From an uncultured Bacteroidota bacterium (lineage in GTDB: Bacteria > Bacteroidota > Ignavibacteria > UBA10030 > UBA6906): a DNA stretch of 64,000 bases. This document shows, in pieces, positions 18,241-27,015 of this stretch. The DNA is taken from the NCBI GenBank assembly GCA_963700635.1, contig CAVOYH010000004.1, forward strand, positions 480,001-544,000, written 5' to 3'. Position numbers and translations under genes: made by a program. The notes beneath the pieces were generated by a model, which made no database searches, was not told the DNA's origin, and saw only the letters and a program-made list of their open reading frames with translations. Every line of letters starts with the position of its first letter. Position 1 is the first letter of the stretch.

Positions 18241-19262
18241 GGCTCCGAACGACCCCTTCGCAACCTTCAAAAAGATCCGGCTTTCTGGGAACGGCTCTTC
18301 TATTTGTCGCTTCCGTCTGTGTGACAGTTGTCCTTGGGGAACTCTTCGTGAGGGCTGTTGTGCCGGTGCGAAACATTGGGCCCACGTTTTCAGAATACGA
18401 TCCGGCATATGGAAAGCGGCTCAAAAAAGATTTTTCCTGCACACGGATTGCCGCAGAGTTTACCATGGAATTTTCAACGAACAGCCTGGGGTTCCGGGGT
18501 CCTGAGCCAGCGTCGTTTCCATCGGACGGTATCCTCTTTCTCGGTGATTCCTTTACCAGCGGTTACGGCGTGAATGACGGAGAGGAGTTTCCGGCGATCA
18601 TCCGCCGCGCATTGGAGAACACGGGAGGCAGTGCGGCCCCGCCGGTTGTGAATGCAGGCAGCGGAAACATTGGTAACGGGTACTGGCTAAAATTCCTTCA
18701 GACTGAAATGGGACGGTACAATCCGCGCATGGTCGTCCTGGGTTTCTGCGTCAATGATTTTGTTGACAACCAGGTCGAGGGGATGTATCGGGTAGGGCCC
18801 GGCGGTAAGATCGTACTCTCGGATCATCCCCCGCCTCAGGAGGGTGCACGCACGGCTCAGGCGATTATCGAAGCGATCCCCGGACTTTCGTATTCCCATC
18901 TTGTGGGACTCGCCAGGCAGTTTTACTCGGAAGGATGGGGAGAGGGACCCGTTTCCGTGCCGCGCAAAGAGGCCGACTCTCTCACGTATGCGTTGCTCGA
19001 TGCGGTATTCTCGGCCTGCGCGGAGCACCACCTTCCGGCAATTGTGCTCGCCATTGAAGTTGGCAAGGAACGGCTTTCCGTGTTGCGCGACGTTGCCGGG
19101 CGCTATGCCATTCCGGTCGTCGAGGCGCCTTCGAAGTGGGAACGTCCGGAGTTGTATTATCATGTCGATGGACATTGGAATGCGGCGGGGCATGCGTACG
19201 TTGCGAACATGCTGCTGCCATATATCTACCGTCTCGCCAACGGAAACATCAAGAAAGGTTGA
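18237..19262 (+). CDS. SGNH/GDSL family membrane-anchored protein
   Basis: TNSLGFR, LGDSFTSG, VND, DGHWNAAGH. Confidence 0.85.
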   Translation: MRLRTTPSQPSKRSGFLGTALLFVASVCVTVVLGELFVRAVVPVRNIGPTFSEYDPAYGKRLKKDFSCTRIAAEFTMEFSTNSLGFRGPEPASFPSDGILFLGDSFTSGYGVNDGEEFPAIIRRALENTGGSAAPPVVNAGSGNIGNGYWLKFLQTEMGRYNPRMVVLGFCVNDFVDNQVEGMYRVGPGGKIVLSDHPPPQEGARTAQAIIEAIPGLSYSHLVGLARQFYSEGWGEGPVSVPRKEADSLTYALLDAVFSACAEHHLPAIVLAIEVGKERLSVLRDVAGRYAIPVVEAPSKWERPELYYHVDGHWNAAGHAYVANMLLPYIYRLANGNIKKG

Positions 19263-19266
19263 TTGA

Positions 19267-20406
19267 ATGTACTTCCGCGTACACATGTTGCTGTTCTCCC
19301 TGCTTCTCTGTGGATCGACGCTGACAGCGTCGGAACCGTGGGTTACGGCGTACTACGCCGGTTGGATGCAGGGAAATCAGTGGAGCTTTCACCTCCGTCC
19401 GAAGGATATTGACTTTGATGCCGTGACACACATTATCCATTTTTCACTAGGGCCAAATCCCGACGGAACGCTGAACGACGAGGGAAATGGAATCACCGCG
19501 GAGAACTCCGCAGACATTGTCGCGGCAGCTCATAATGCCGGAAAAAAGGTGCTCATTTGTGTCGGAGGATGGAATTCCGAGCGCGGGTTCGCCGGCGCCA
19601 CGCAGAAAGGCACGCGGGAACGGTTTATCATGAACCTCCTCTCATTTGTGAAGAATCGGGGTTATGATGGAATCGACATGGATTGGGAGCCGCTTTCGCG
19701 AGAGAATGTTGGTCAGTATGGAGCATTCCTTGAGGATCTGCGGAAGGCCATGCGGGCTGTGAATCCCGGCCTGCTTCTGACTGTCGCCTGCAATAGTGCG
19801 CCGGAGTTGTTCGGCCGGATTCATCCTGTGCTGGATCAGGTAAATCTGATGACGTATGACTACTCTGGAGCCTGGCCGGGATGGTTCACGTGGCACAACG
19901 CGGCAATCTATGACGGCGGTGCACGGTTTCCGAGTAACGGTGCCGCTCCACCCTCCATCCACGCGCATGTCCAGGAATTCCTCACAGCAGGCGTGCCGGC
20001 CTCGAAGCTCGGCATAGGGATCGATTTCTACGGCTACGTGTGGAACAGCGGAAACGGCACGCCAACCGGCGGAGTGACGGCGCCCCGTCAGACCTGGAAC
20101 ACCGCGCCATGGGTCAAGGATAATGTTCCCTACTACCAGATTATGGAATCCTTCTTTGATGCGGGTGCCTATCGATGGGATTCATCAGCGCAGGCGGCAT
20201 ATTTGTCCATCGACAAGCCGGGATCATCAGAAGACCGATTCGTGTCGTACGATGACGAAACATCGTGCCGCAGGAAGATTGCGTATGTACGCGGGCAGGG
20301 GCTCGGAGGTGTTATCATCTGGGAACTTGGCGGAGGATGGGAGCCGAAGGCAGAAAGGCCTGATCGTCTACTTCAGTCAGTGAAGAAGGCACTCAAGACG
20401 CGATGA
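19267..20406 (+). CDS. glycoside hydrolase family 18, secreted
   Basis: Signal peptide, CVGGW, DGIDMDWE, MTYD, IWEL. Confidence 0.92.
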   Translation: MYFRVHMLLFSLLLCGSTLTASEPWVTAYYAGWMQGNQWSFHLRPKDIDFDAVTHIIHFSLGPNPDGTLNDEGNGITAENSADIVAAAHNAGKKVLICVGGWNSERGFAGATQKGTRERFIMNLLSFVKNRGYDGIDMDWEPLSRENVGQYGAFLEDLRKAMRAVNPGLLLTVACNSAPELFGRIHPVLDQVNLMTYDYSGAWPGWFTWHNAAIYDGGARFPSNGAAPPSIHAHVQEFLTAGVPASKLGIGIDFYGYVWNSGNGTPTGGVTAPRQTWNTAPWVKDNVPYYQIMESFFDAGAYRWDSSAQAAYLSIDKPGSSEDRFVSYDDETSCRRKIAYVRGQGLGGVIIWELGGGWEPKAERPDRLLQSVKKALKTR

Positions 20407-20543
20407 GTGGACATCCCAGTTCGAAAAGGGGATTAATGATAATTAATTTGTAATGACATCCTTTCTCTACGATATTAAGATGAAAAATGGCGTCGGGGCA
20501 CTCTCCAGTTGGAGATTTTGCTCGTATCATGGGATGTGATCTG

Positions 20544-20559
20544 TGGCACATGATATGCG
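20544..20559 (+). promoter_or_regulatory. sigma54 -24/-12 promoter
   Basis: TGGCACATGATATGCG with GG-N10-GC spacing, preceded by an AT-rich tract, about 60 nt upstream of the second GH18 gene. Confidence 0.65.
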
Positions 20560-20620
20560 GCAAGACACGTGGGCTCGATCGCTCCGGTTACCCATTTTGA
20601 GATGACATGGAGGGAAGGGA

Positions 20621-22006
20621 ATGAAACGTATCACAGTTCTTCTGGCATGTATCCTGTTGCCCACTTCTGTACTGGTGGCACAGCAGCAACCCTGGGTCAG
20701 CGCATACTATGCGGGGTGGATGCAGAGTTATTGTCCGCCGTCCGCGATCGACTACGGCGCGGTCACCCACATCATACACTTTTCCATAAATCCCACCGGG
20801 GGTCCCAACATCGATGCAAGCGGGAATGGCATCACCAATGCTGCCTCGTCGGCAATTATCCAGGCAGCACACGCGGCGGGGAAGAAGGTGCTGGTGACAT
20901 GCGGCGGGTGGGGGGATGCCCAGGCGTTCGCGAGTGCGACAAATTCGACAAACCGCGCGGCCTTTATCAGCAATCTCGTCAACTTCGTTACAACGCGCGG
21001 CTACGATGGTCTCGATATCGACTGGGAACCCATAACATCAGCGAGCCAGTTCAAACTCTTTATTCCGGAACTCCGTGCCGCGCTGAATGCGGCGAAACCG
21101 GGACTGCTTCTGACAATCGCATCGATGGGTGACAACTCTTCCGCGATCGCCGAAGTACAGGCCCACTTTGATCAGATCAACATCATGACCTATGACATGT
21201 CCGGTGCATGGCAAGGATGGGTCGTGTGGCATAATGCGCCGGTGTTCGATGGCGGTTACAGGTTTCCCGGCACAAACAGCACCGTTCCTTCTGCGGATGG
21301 GGATGTCAAGGATTTCCTGGCAGCCGGTATCGCCAAAAACAAGATTGGCATCGGAGCCGACTTCTATGGCTACGTGTGGTCCGGAGTCACACGGCCACGG
21401 CAGACCTGGGTGTCTACTCCGAGCGTCACAGATAACGTACCGTACTACCAGCTGATGAACACCTATGCGGCTTACACAGCCGAATGGGACACCATCGCCC
21501 ATGCCGCTTTTATCAGTGTTCCCACCGGATCGGGGAAATTTATTTCACTGGACAATGAACAGACGATGGCTGCCAAAGGTGCGTATGTCAAGAGCAAAGG
21601 TATCGGCGGCATGATTATCTGGGAGCTGGGCGGAGGGTACCGTGCGAGCGCTCCTGCCGGCCAGCGGGATAAGCTCCTGCAGGCGGTGAAGCAGGCGTTT
21701 TTCACCCAGCCCACCGATACGCCCGGTTTACAGACAATCAGCAGTGAATACCGGCTGGAGCAGAACTATCCAAACCCGTTTAATCCCGAAACGCGCATCC
21801 GGTTTCAGATCGCTGAGAAAGGACTTGTGAATCTTGGTGTGTACGACCTTCTTGGCCGGGAGGTGGCGCGATTGGTGTCAGATGAGTATGAGGCGGGCGC
21901 CCATGAGGTACGGTTTGATGGGGCCGGGCTTGCTTCCGGAATCTACTTCGCCCGGTTGGAAGTCGCGGGAGCCGTCTTTACCAGGTCTATGGCGCTTTTG
22001 CGTTAG
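20621..22006 (+). CDS. glycoside hydrolase family 18 with T9SS type A C-terminal sorting domain
   Basis: DGLDIDWE, MTYD; C-terminal LEQNYPNPFNP...YDLLGREV...LASGIYF. Confidence 0.92.
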   Translation: MKRITVLLACILLPTSVLVAQQQPWVSAYYAGWMQSYCPPSAIDYGAVTHIIHFSINPTGGPNIDASGNGITNAASSAIIQAAHAAGKKVLVTCGGWGDAQAFASATNSTNRAAFISNLVNFVTTRGYDGLDIDWEPITSASQFKLFIPELRAALNAAKPGLLLTIASMGDNSSAIAEVQAHFDQINIMTYDMSGAWQGWVVWHNAPVFDGGYRFPGTNSTVPSADGDVKDFLAAGIAKNKIGIGADFYGYVWSGVTRPRQTWVSTPSVTDNVPYYQLMNTYAAYTAEWDTIAHAAFISVPTGSGKFISLDNEQTMAAKGAYVKSKGIGGMIIWELGGGYRASAPAGQRDKLLQAVKQAFFTQPTDTPGLQTISSEYRLEQNYPNPFNPETRIRFQIAEKGLVNLGVYDLLGREVARLVSDEYEAGAHEVRFDGAGLASGIYFARLEVAGAVFTRSMALLR

Positions 22007-22032
22007 ATGGTTGTTAAACGGAAGTGCAGTCC

Positions 22033-22058
22033 GCGGCCCCGCCTCCCGGTGGGGCCGT
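22033..22058. terminator. hairpin between convergent genes, probable terminator
   Basis: GCGGCCCCGCC-TCCC-GGTGGGGCCGT followed by GCTGTTTCT. Confidence 0.55.
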
Positions 22059-22065
22059 GCTGTTT

Positions 22066-23076
22066 CTAGGCGGATGTCTCAGGGGGCCCCGGGCCCATTT
22101 CCCGCAACCGATCATACAGATACTTTCTGCTCACACCCAATATTCGTGCTGCTTTTGCCTTGTTCCCCCCGTTTGCCTTCAGCGTGTATTCGATCATGAG
22201 CCGCTCGGCCGACAGTATCGTCGATCCGACCGGAATGGTGATAGCTTTGCGTATCGCCTGGTCCCGGAGGAGGCGCTCCGGAAGACACTCCGGCATAATT
22301 TCCGAGTGAGGGCAGGTAATCAGGAGTGCCTCCACGAGGTTGCGCAGCTCTCTGACATTTCCGGGCCACGGGTATTCAGTCAGGATCTCGAGGGTATCAG
22401 AGGAAAAGACCTTGCTGTGATCCTTCACCGCGCCATTAAGGGTTCTTAGAAAGTGGTCCAGAAGGAGAGGGATATCACATGGTCTCTCACGCAAGGGAGG
22501 AAGGTACAGCTCTACGACGGCAAGCCGGTAGTAGACGTCCTCGCGCAGAAGGCCGGATGCAAGGGCTTCCTTCACATCCCGGTTGGTAGCAGAGATGATC
22601 CGTACATCCACCTCGACTTCCTCGTTTCCACCCAACCGGCGGAATCGTTTTGTTTCGAGTGCCCGGAGGAGTTTTGCCTGAACGTTTGGTGACATTTCGG
22701 CGATTTCGTCAAGGAAAAGCGTGCCGCGATGGGCGAGTTCAAAACAGCCTATCTTTTTGGAATAAGCCCCCGTGAACGCCTCCCGCTCATGTCCGAAAAG
22801 TTCATTGTCAATAACGTCCTGCGGGAGAGCTGCGCAATTTACTTCAATACAGGGGTTTTCGGCCTGTGCGCTCTGGCCATGAATGTACTTTGCCAGCACA
22901 TCCTTCCCCGTTCCGCTCTCTCCGGTTATCAGGACCGCTACCTGTGATTGAGCCACCCTGACGGCTTGCGAAAGCAGGTCAAGGATGGGCGGATGCATGG
23001 TCACAAATGCGGATTTTGTTACGTCCGGGCCGGTGATAATGCCTGAACCGGAGGTCCGGGTGGGTCTACATCCCAT
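22066..23076 (-). CDS. sigma54-dependent activator (AAA+ and Fis HTH, no N-terminal sensor; PspF-like architecture)
   Basis: GESGTGKD, EAFTGA, FLDEI, WPGNVREL, NKAKAARILGVSR. Confidence 0.92.
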   Translation of the reverse strand: MGCRPTRTSGSGIITGPDVTKSAFVTMHPPILDLLSQAVRVAQSQVAVLITGESGTGKDVLAKYIHGQSAQAENPCIEVNCAALPQDVIDNELFGHEREAFTGAYSKKIGCFELAHRGTLFLDEIAEMSPNVQAKLLRALETKRFRRLGGNEEVEVDVRIISATNRDVKEALASGLLREDVYYRLAVVELYLPPLRERPCDIPLLLDHFLRTLNGAVKDHSKVFSSDTLEILTEYPWPGNVRELRNLVEALLITCPHSEIMPECLPERLLRDQAIRKAITIPVGSTILSAERLMIEYTLKANGGNKAKAARILGVSRKYLYDRLREMGPGPPETSA

Positions 23077-23363
23077 CGTCTTCCAGGTTGTTGTACTCGT
23101 AAGACTGGTTTACATCCGGTGACGGAGTTACAACGATCCCCGCAGAAGACTCTGGGACAACACGATTCTGCGGCTATTGCAACCGATCGCGTCTCGGGTG
23201 AAATTAGGATTGCGTCGGAAAATAGAATGGGGGACTGTGAGGGAAGGGAAAAATAGAGACGCCAAAGCGAACCAAACGTCTGATCTGCCCGGTACAAATC
23301 GCCCTTCGCAACGCTCATCCCCGATCAATGTGCGACAGAGAAACAAATGATTTCGCGATACCT

Positions 23364-23379
23364 CGCTAACGGGGTACCA
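23364..23379 (-). promoter_or_regulatory. candidate sigma54 promoter facing the activator gene
   Basis: Minus strand TGGTACCCCGTTAGCG, GG-N10-GC spacing. Confidence 0.5.
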
Positions 23380-23474
23380 CGAGGGTCTCATAGTGTGCAG
23401 ATCAGAAAGAACAGGTTACGCTGACATATGCTACCAATTATGTGACCTAATGTCAAGCGGACGTTGTCTTTTTG

Positions 23475-23514
23475 TGTTATCAGAGCGGACACTCAGCTGT
23501 ATCAAAGAGCGACA
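23475..23514. promoter_or_regulatory. two TGT-N11-ACA candidate enhancer sites
   Basis: TGTTATCAGAGCGGACA (23475-23491) and TGTATCAAAGAGCGACA (23498-23514), similar to the site at 4473. Confidence 0.5.
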
Positions 23515-23733
23515 CATCCCTGTCGGGAGAGGCAGCAGGGGGAGGATTTCAAAGGAAACTCCGACGCGCCAATTTCGTAACACTAGAGGAAAGAGCGGAT
23601 AATCCGCGTCCGGGGTCGACGAACGTGCTTGGGGATGCGCTGGAGCGGGAACCCGGGACGGATGTACATCGTTAATGGTTACATAATCCTTAGGTCTGAT
23701 CAACCCATTTCCATCCACCACGGAGAATTCTCC

Positions 23734-24789
23734 ATGACGACTCGTAGATGTTCAACACCAGCAGTCTTTGCGTTGTTTCTGGCGCTTGTTTCACAGGCTG
23801 TCGCCCAGCCCCAGCTACCCGTGCCACAACCCAGTCCCGCAGCGACCACCGTGCAGACCATCGGCATCGCCGAGGTCAAGGTAACGTATCACCGTCCGGC
23901 CGTAAAAGGGAGGTCCGTTTGGGGAGGATTGGTCCCCTACGGTGAAATCTGGCGAGCAGGTGCAAATGAGAACACCGTTCTTACTTTTTCGAAGGCAGTC
24001 AAACTCGGGGGGACCGTGCTCGACGCAGGGAGTTACGGTCTTCACATGATTCCCACAAAAGCGGATTGGACCATCATTCTCAGTACGAATGCAACATCCT
24101 GGGGAAGTTACTTCTACAAGCAGGAAGAAGATGCGGTTCGGTTTACCGTGACACCGCGGCAGGGTGAATTTACCGAATGGCTCCAGTATGAGTTTTCAGA
24201 CCTCACTGACACCAGCGGGGTTCTGTCCTTACGCTGGGAGAAGTTGCGTATTCCGATCGTCATCAGCGTAGACACGCGCGCGCAGATTCTGGCGCATGCA
24301 CGCGACGAATACCTGCGCGGACTGGCGGGCTTTTCGTGGCAGGGCTTTAATCAGGCGGCACAGTACGCTCTGCAGTCGAAAACCAATCTGGAGGAAGCGC
24401 TCCAGTGGGCGAACCGCTCCACCGGAATGGTCGAGAACTTCACGAATCTCCAGACGAAGGCCGCGGTGCTGGAAGCACTGGGGCGGAATAACGAAGCCGC
24501 ACCCCTTCGTGCAAGAGCCATGAAGACAGCGACAGAAGCCGAGATTAACACTTTCGGCTACACGCTTATGGCGCAGAAGAAGATGAAAGAGGCGTTAGAG
24601 ATGTTTGCGAAAAACGTAAAAGACCACCCTGATTCCTGGAATGTCTATGACAGTCTCGCGGAAGGGCTCGAAAACACCGGAGACGTAAAAGGCGCCATCA
24701 CAAACTATGAAAAAGCCCTGCAAAGGGTCAACGACGAAGGAAACCGGAAACGTATCACTGAGACGCTCAAAAGGCTGCGCGAGAAGTAA
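23734..24789 (+). CDS. DUF2911 domain protein with C-terminal TPR repeats
   Basis: Signal peptide, SP..YHRP.VKGR.VWGGLVPYGEIWRAGANENT, LRWE; TPR helices (NVYDSLAE). Confidence 0.85.
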   Translation: MTTRRCSTPAVFALFLALVSQAVAQPQLPVPQPSPAATTVQTIGIAEVKVTYHRPAVKGRSVWGGLVPYGEIWRAGANENTVLTFSKAVKLGGTVLDAGSYGLHMIPTKADWTIILSTNATSWGSYFYKQEEDAVRFTVTPRQGEFTEWLQYEFSDLTDTSGVLSLRWEKLRIPIVISVDTRAQILAHARDEYLRGLAGFSWQGFNQAAQYALQSKTNLEEALQWANRSTGMVENFTNLQTKAAVLEALGRNNEAAPLRARAMKTATEAEINTFGYTLMAQKKMKEALEMFAKNVKDHPDSWNVYDSLAEGLENTGDVKGAITNYEKALQRVNDEGNRKRITETLKRLREK

Positions 24790-24798
24790 GGGGTGAAT

Positions 24799-26910
24799 TT
24801 AGTCCTTCATGCCCAGCAGATCGAGCATGAACGCATACTTGAGCGCCGTCAGATGCTGGCGCTCAAACCGGCCTGATTCTCCCGAGTGCCCTGCACCCAT
24901 GTTCACCTTAAAAAGGACCGGGTTTGCGCCGGTGTTGTGCTCCCGCACCTTGGCCACCCACTTGGCAGGGGAAAAGTAGGGTACCTGGGTGTCGTTCAGC
25001 CCGCCGGTCGCCAGGATCGCGGGGTAGCGGGCGTCCTGTACGTTGTCGTACGGGGACCAGGTCAGCATATACCGGTAGTGCTCTTCGATACCCGGATTTC
25101 CCCACTCATCGTATTCAAGCGTCGTGAGGGGGAGATCCGGGTTCTGCATGTCGGTAATAACATCCATCCACGGGACCTCGGCCAGGATACCTCTAAAAAG
25201 GTCCGGGCGCATATTGGTCACGACTCCCATGAGCATCCCACCGGCACTCCCGCCGTTGGCAAAGAGCCTGTCCGCCGACGTGAACTGTTTGTCCACCAGA
25301 TACTGCGCACACGCGATGTAGTCAGTGAAGGTGTTTTTCTTCGTGAGGACCTTTCCATCTTCGTACCACTGGCGTCCCATCTCCTGCCCGCCGCGCACAT
25401 GGGCGATTCCATAAACAAACCCCCGGTCCAGGAGACTTATCACCGATGCATTAAAGTTCGGATCGGAACTGGCGCCGTATGATCCGTATGCATAGAGCAA
25501 CAACGGATTGGTCCCACTCTGCGTAAAAAGAGCCTTCTTGTACACAATGCTGACCGGTATGTGTGCTGTATCCGGAGCCGGGACCCAGATACGCCTCGTC
25601 TCGTACAGTGACATATCATATTTCACTCCGACCTTCTGTCTCTTGAGCAACAACCGTTCGCTGGTGGCGAGATTGTACCGGTAGTCGGACCGTGGTGTCG
25701 TGAGCGATGTATAGGAAAAGCGGATGCTGTCAAGTGTATAGGAATCCGTTGCAGTCGAAATGTCTGCCACATAGGCCTGCTCGGAGAATTCCACATATTC
25801 CGAATTCCGAGTGCGTCGATCCGTAATAAGAATCTGTGTCAGACCGTTGATCTTCTGCTGTGCCACAACGTAGTCGGAAAACACCTCAACTTCTTCGAGG
25901 AGTGCGTCCGGACGATGAGGAACAACGTCTTTCCATCCCGCGAGGCCGGGATTGAGAATGGGCGCGCGAACCAGCTTGAAGTTTCGGGCGTACCTGTTGG
26001 TGTAGATATAAAAGGAATTATCCTCGTGGTCAACCATCGTGTACAGAAGGTCTTTGCGTCGCGGCTGGACGAGGACCGGCGGAGTGGAGGGTGAATCCGC
26101 CGGTATGTACCGGCACTCGCTCGTAAGCGTGCTTCCAGAGGTGATAAAAATATATGCATTGTCCTTCGTCGTTGTGAGCCCGACGTCAAAAGTGCTGTCA
26201 GACTCCCGGTACACTTCACGGTCCATGGACGTCGGAGTCCCGAGCTGATGGATCATGACTTTGTATGGACGGACGGTGTGATCATTGCTGACATAGAAGA
26301 TCGAGGTATTATCATTTCCCCAGGCATAGGATCCGCTCGTATTGGGAATCGTTTCCTGCGTTTCAGCGGACGTCCGGAGGTTTTTTACATGTAATACAGA
26401 ACGGCGGTCTCCAGATGTATCAATAGCGTATGCCACCCACTGGTTGTCGGGACTGATACGATAACCGCGTACGAGGTAAATCTGGTGGCCTGCAGACATT
26501 CCCGGGATATCCAGAAATATCTCTTCAGGGGCACTCAGCTCCCCGTTCTTCCGGCAGTAAAAGGGGTATTGATTGCCCTGTGTATACCGTGTGTAGTACC
26601 AGTACCCGTTGCGCCTGACCGGAAGCGATTGGTGCTCCTGTTCGATTCGTTCGACCAGTTCGTCGTAGATCGTGTTCTGGAGGGGCACGGTGGCTCGAAG
26701 TTTGGCCTCTGTAAAGGTATTCTCCTGGCGGAGATGCCGGATCACGGCGCTGTCGGCCGGGTTGTTAAGCCAGTAGTAATTGTCAACACGCGTCTGGCCG
26801 AACTCCACAAATGTCGTGGGGATCTTTTTTGTTACAACAGGTTCCGGCTGGCCGCAACCGCAGACAAACGCGGAAAGGACCAGGACAGGCAGGAAATGGG
26901 ATTTGCTCAT
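24799..26910 (-). CDS. ptrB: oligopeptidase B (S9A family), lipoprotein
   Basis: DNYYWL, YGSYG, HVRGGQEMGRQWYE, GGSAGG, EYDEWGNP, GAGH. Confidence 0.88.
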   Translation of the reverse strand: MSKSHFLPVLVLSAFVCGCGQPEPVVTKKIPTTFVEFGQTRVDNYYWLNNPADSAVIRHLRQENTFTEAKLRATVPLQNTIYDELVERIEQEHQSLPVRRNGYWYYTRYTQGNQYPFYCRKNGELSAPEEIFLDIPGMSAGHQIYLVRGYRISPDNQWVAYAIDTSGDRRSVLHVKNLRTSAETQETIPNTSGSYAWGNDNTSIFYVSNDHTVRPYKVMIHQLGTPTSMDREVYRESDSTFDVGLTTTKDNAYIFITSGSTLTSECRYIPADSPSTPPVLVQPRRKDLLYTMVDHEDNSFYIYTNRYARNFKLVRAPILNPGLAGWKDVVPHRPDALLEEVEVFSDYVVAQQKINGLTQILITDRRTRNSEYVEFSEQAYVADISTATDSYTLDSIRFSYTSLTTPRSDYRYNLATSERLLLKRQKVGVKYDMSLYETRRIWVPAPDTAHIPVSIVYKKALFTQSGTNPLLLYAYGSYGASSDPNFNASVISLLDRGFVYGIAHVRGGQEMGRQWYEDGKVLTKKNTFTDYIACAQYLVDKQFTSADRLFANGGSAGGMLMGVVTNMRPDLFRGILAEVPWMDVITDMQNPDLPLTTLEYDEWGNPGIEEHYRYMLTWSPYDNVQDARYPAILATGGLNDTQVPYFSPAKWVAKVREHNTGANPVLFKVNMGAGHSGESGRFERQHLTALKYAFMLDLLGMKD

Positions 26911-27015
26911 CTGGCACGCCTCGTAAGAGATTGTCAGGGTAAGTTTCGATGATCGTAACGTCGGAGTAGAGTACTGATTATTCTGCTGTATCTCAAATGC
27001 CCACTGCCGGTACCT

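Noticed and set aside
20433-20452. Fur-box-like AT-rich tract
   Set aside because: Only about 13 of 19 positions match. It is better explained as the AT-rich bend region upstream of the sigma54 box.
23077-23733. Riboswitch or ncRNA in the long intergenic region
   Set aside because: I could not recognise any known riboswitch consensus by eye. An Infernal/Rfam scan is needed.
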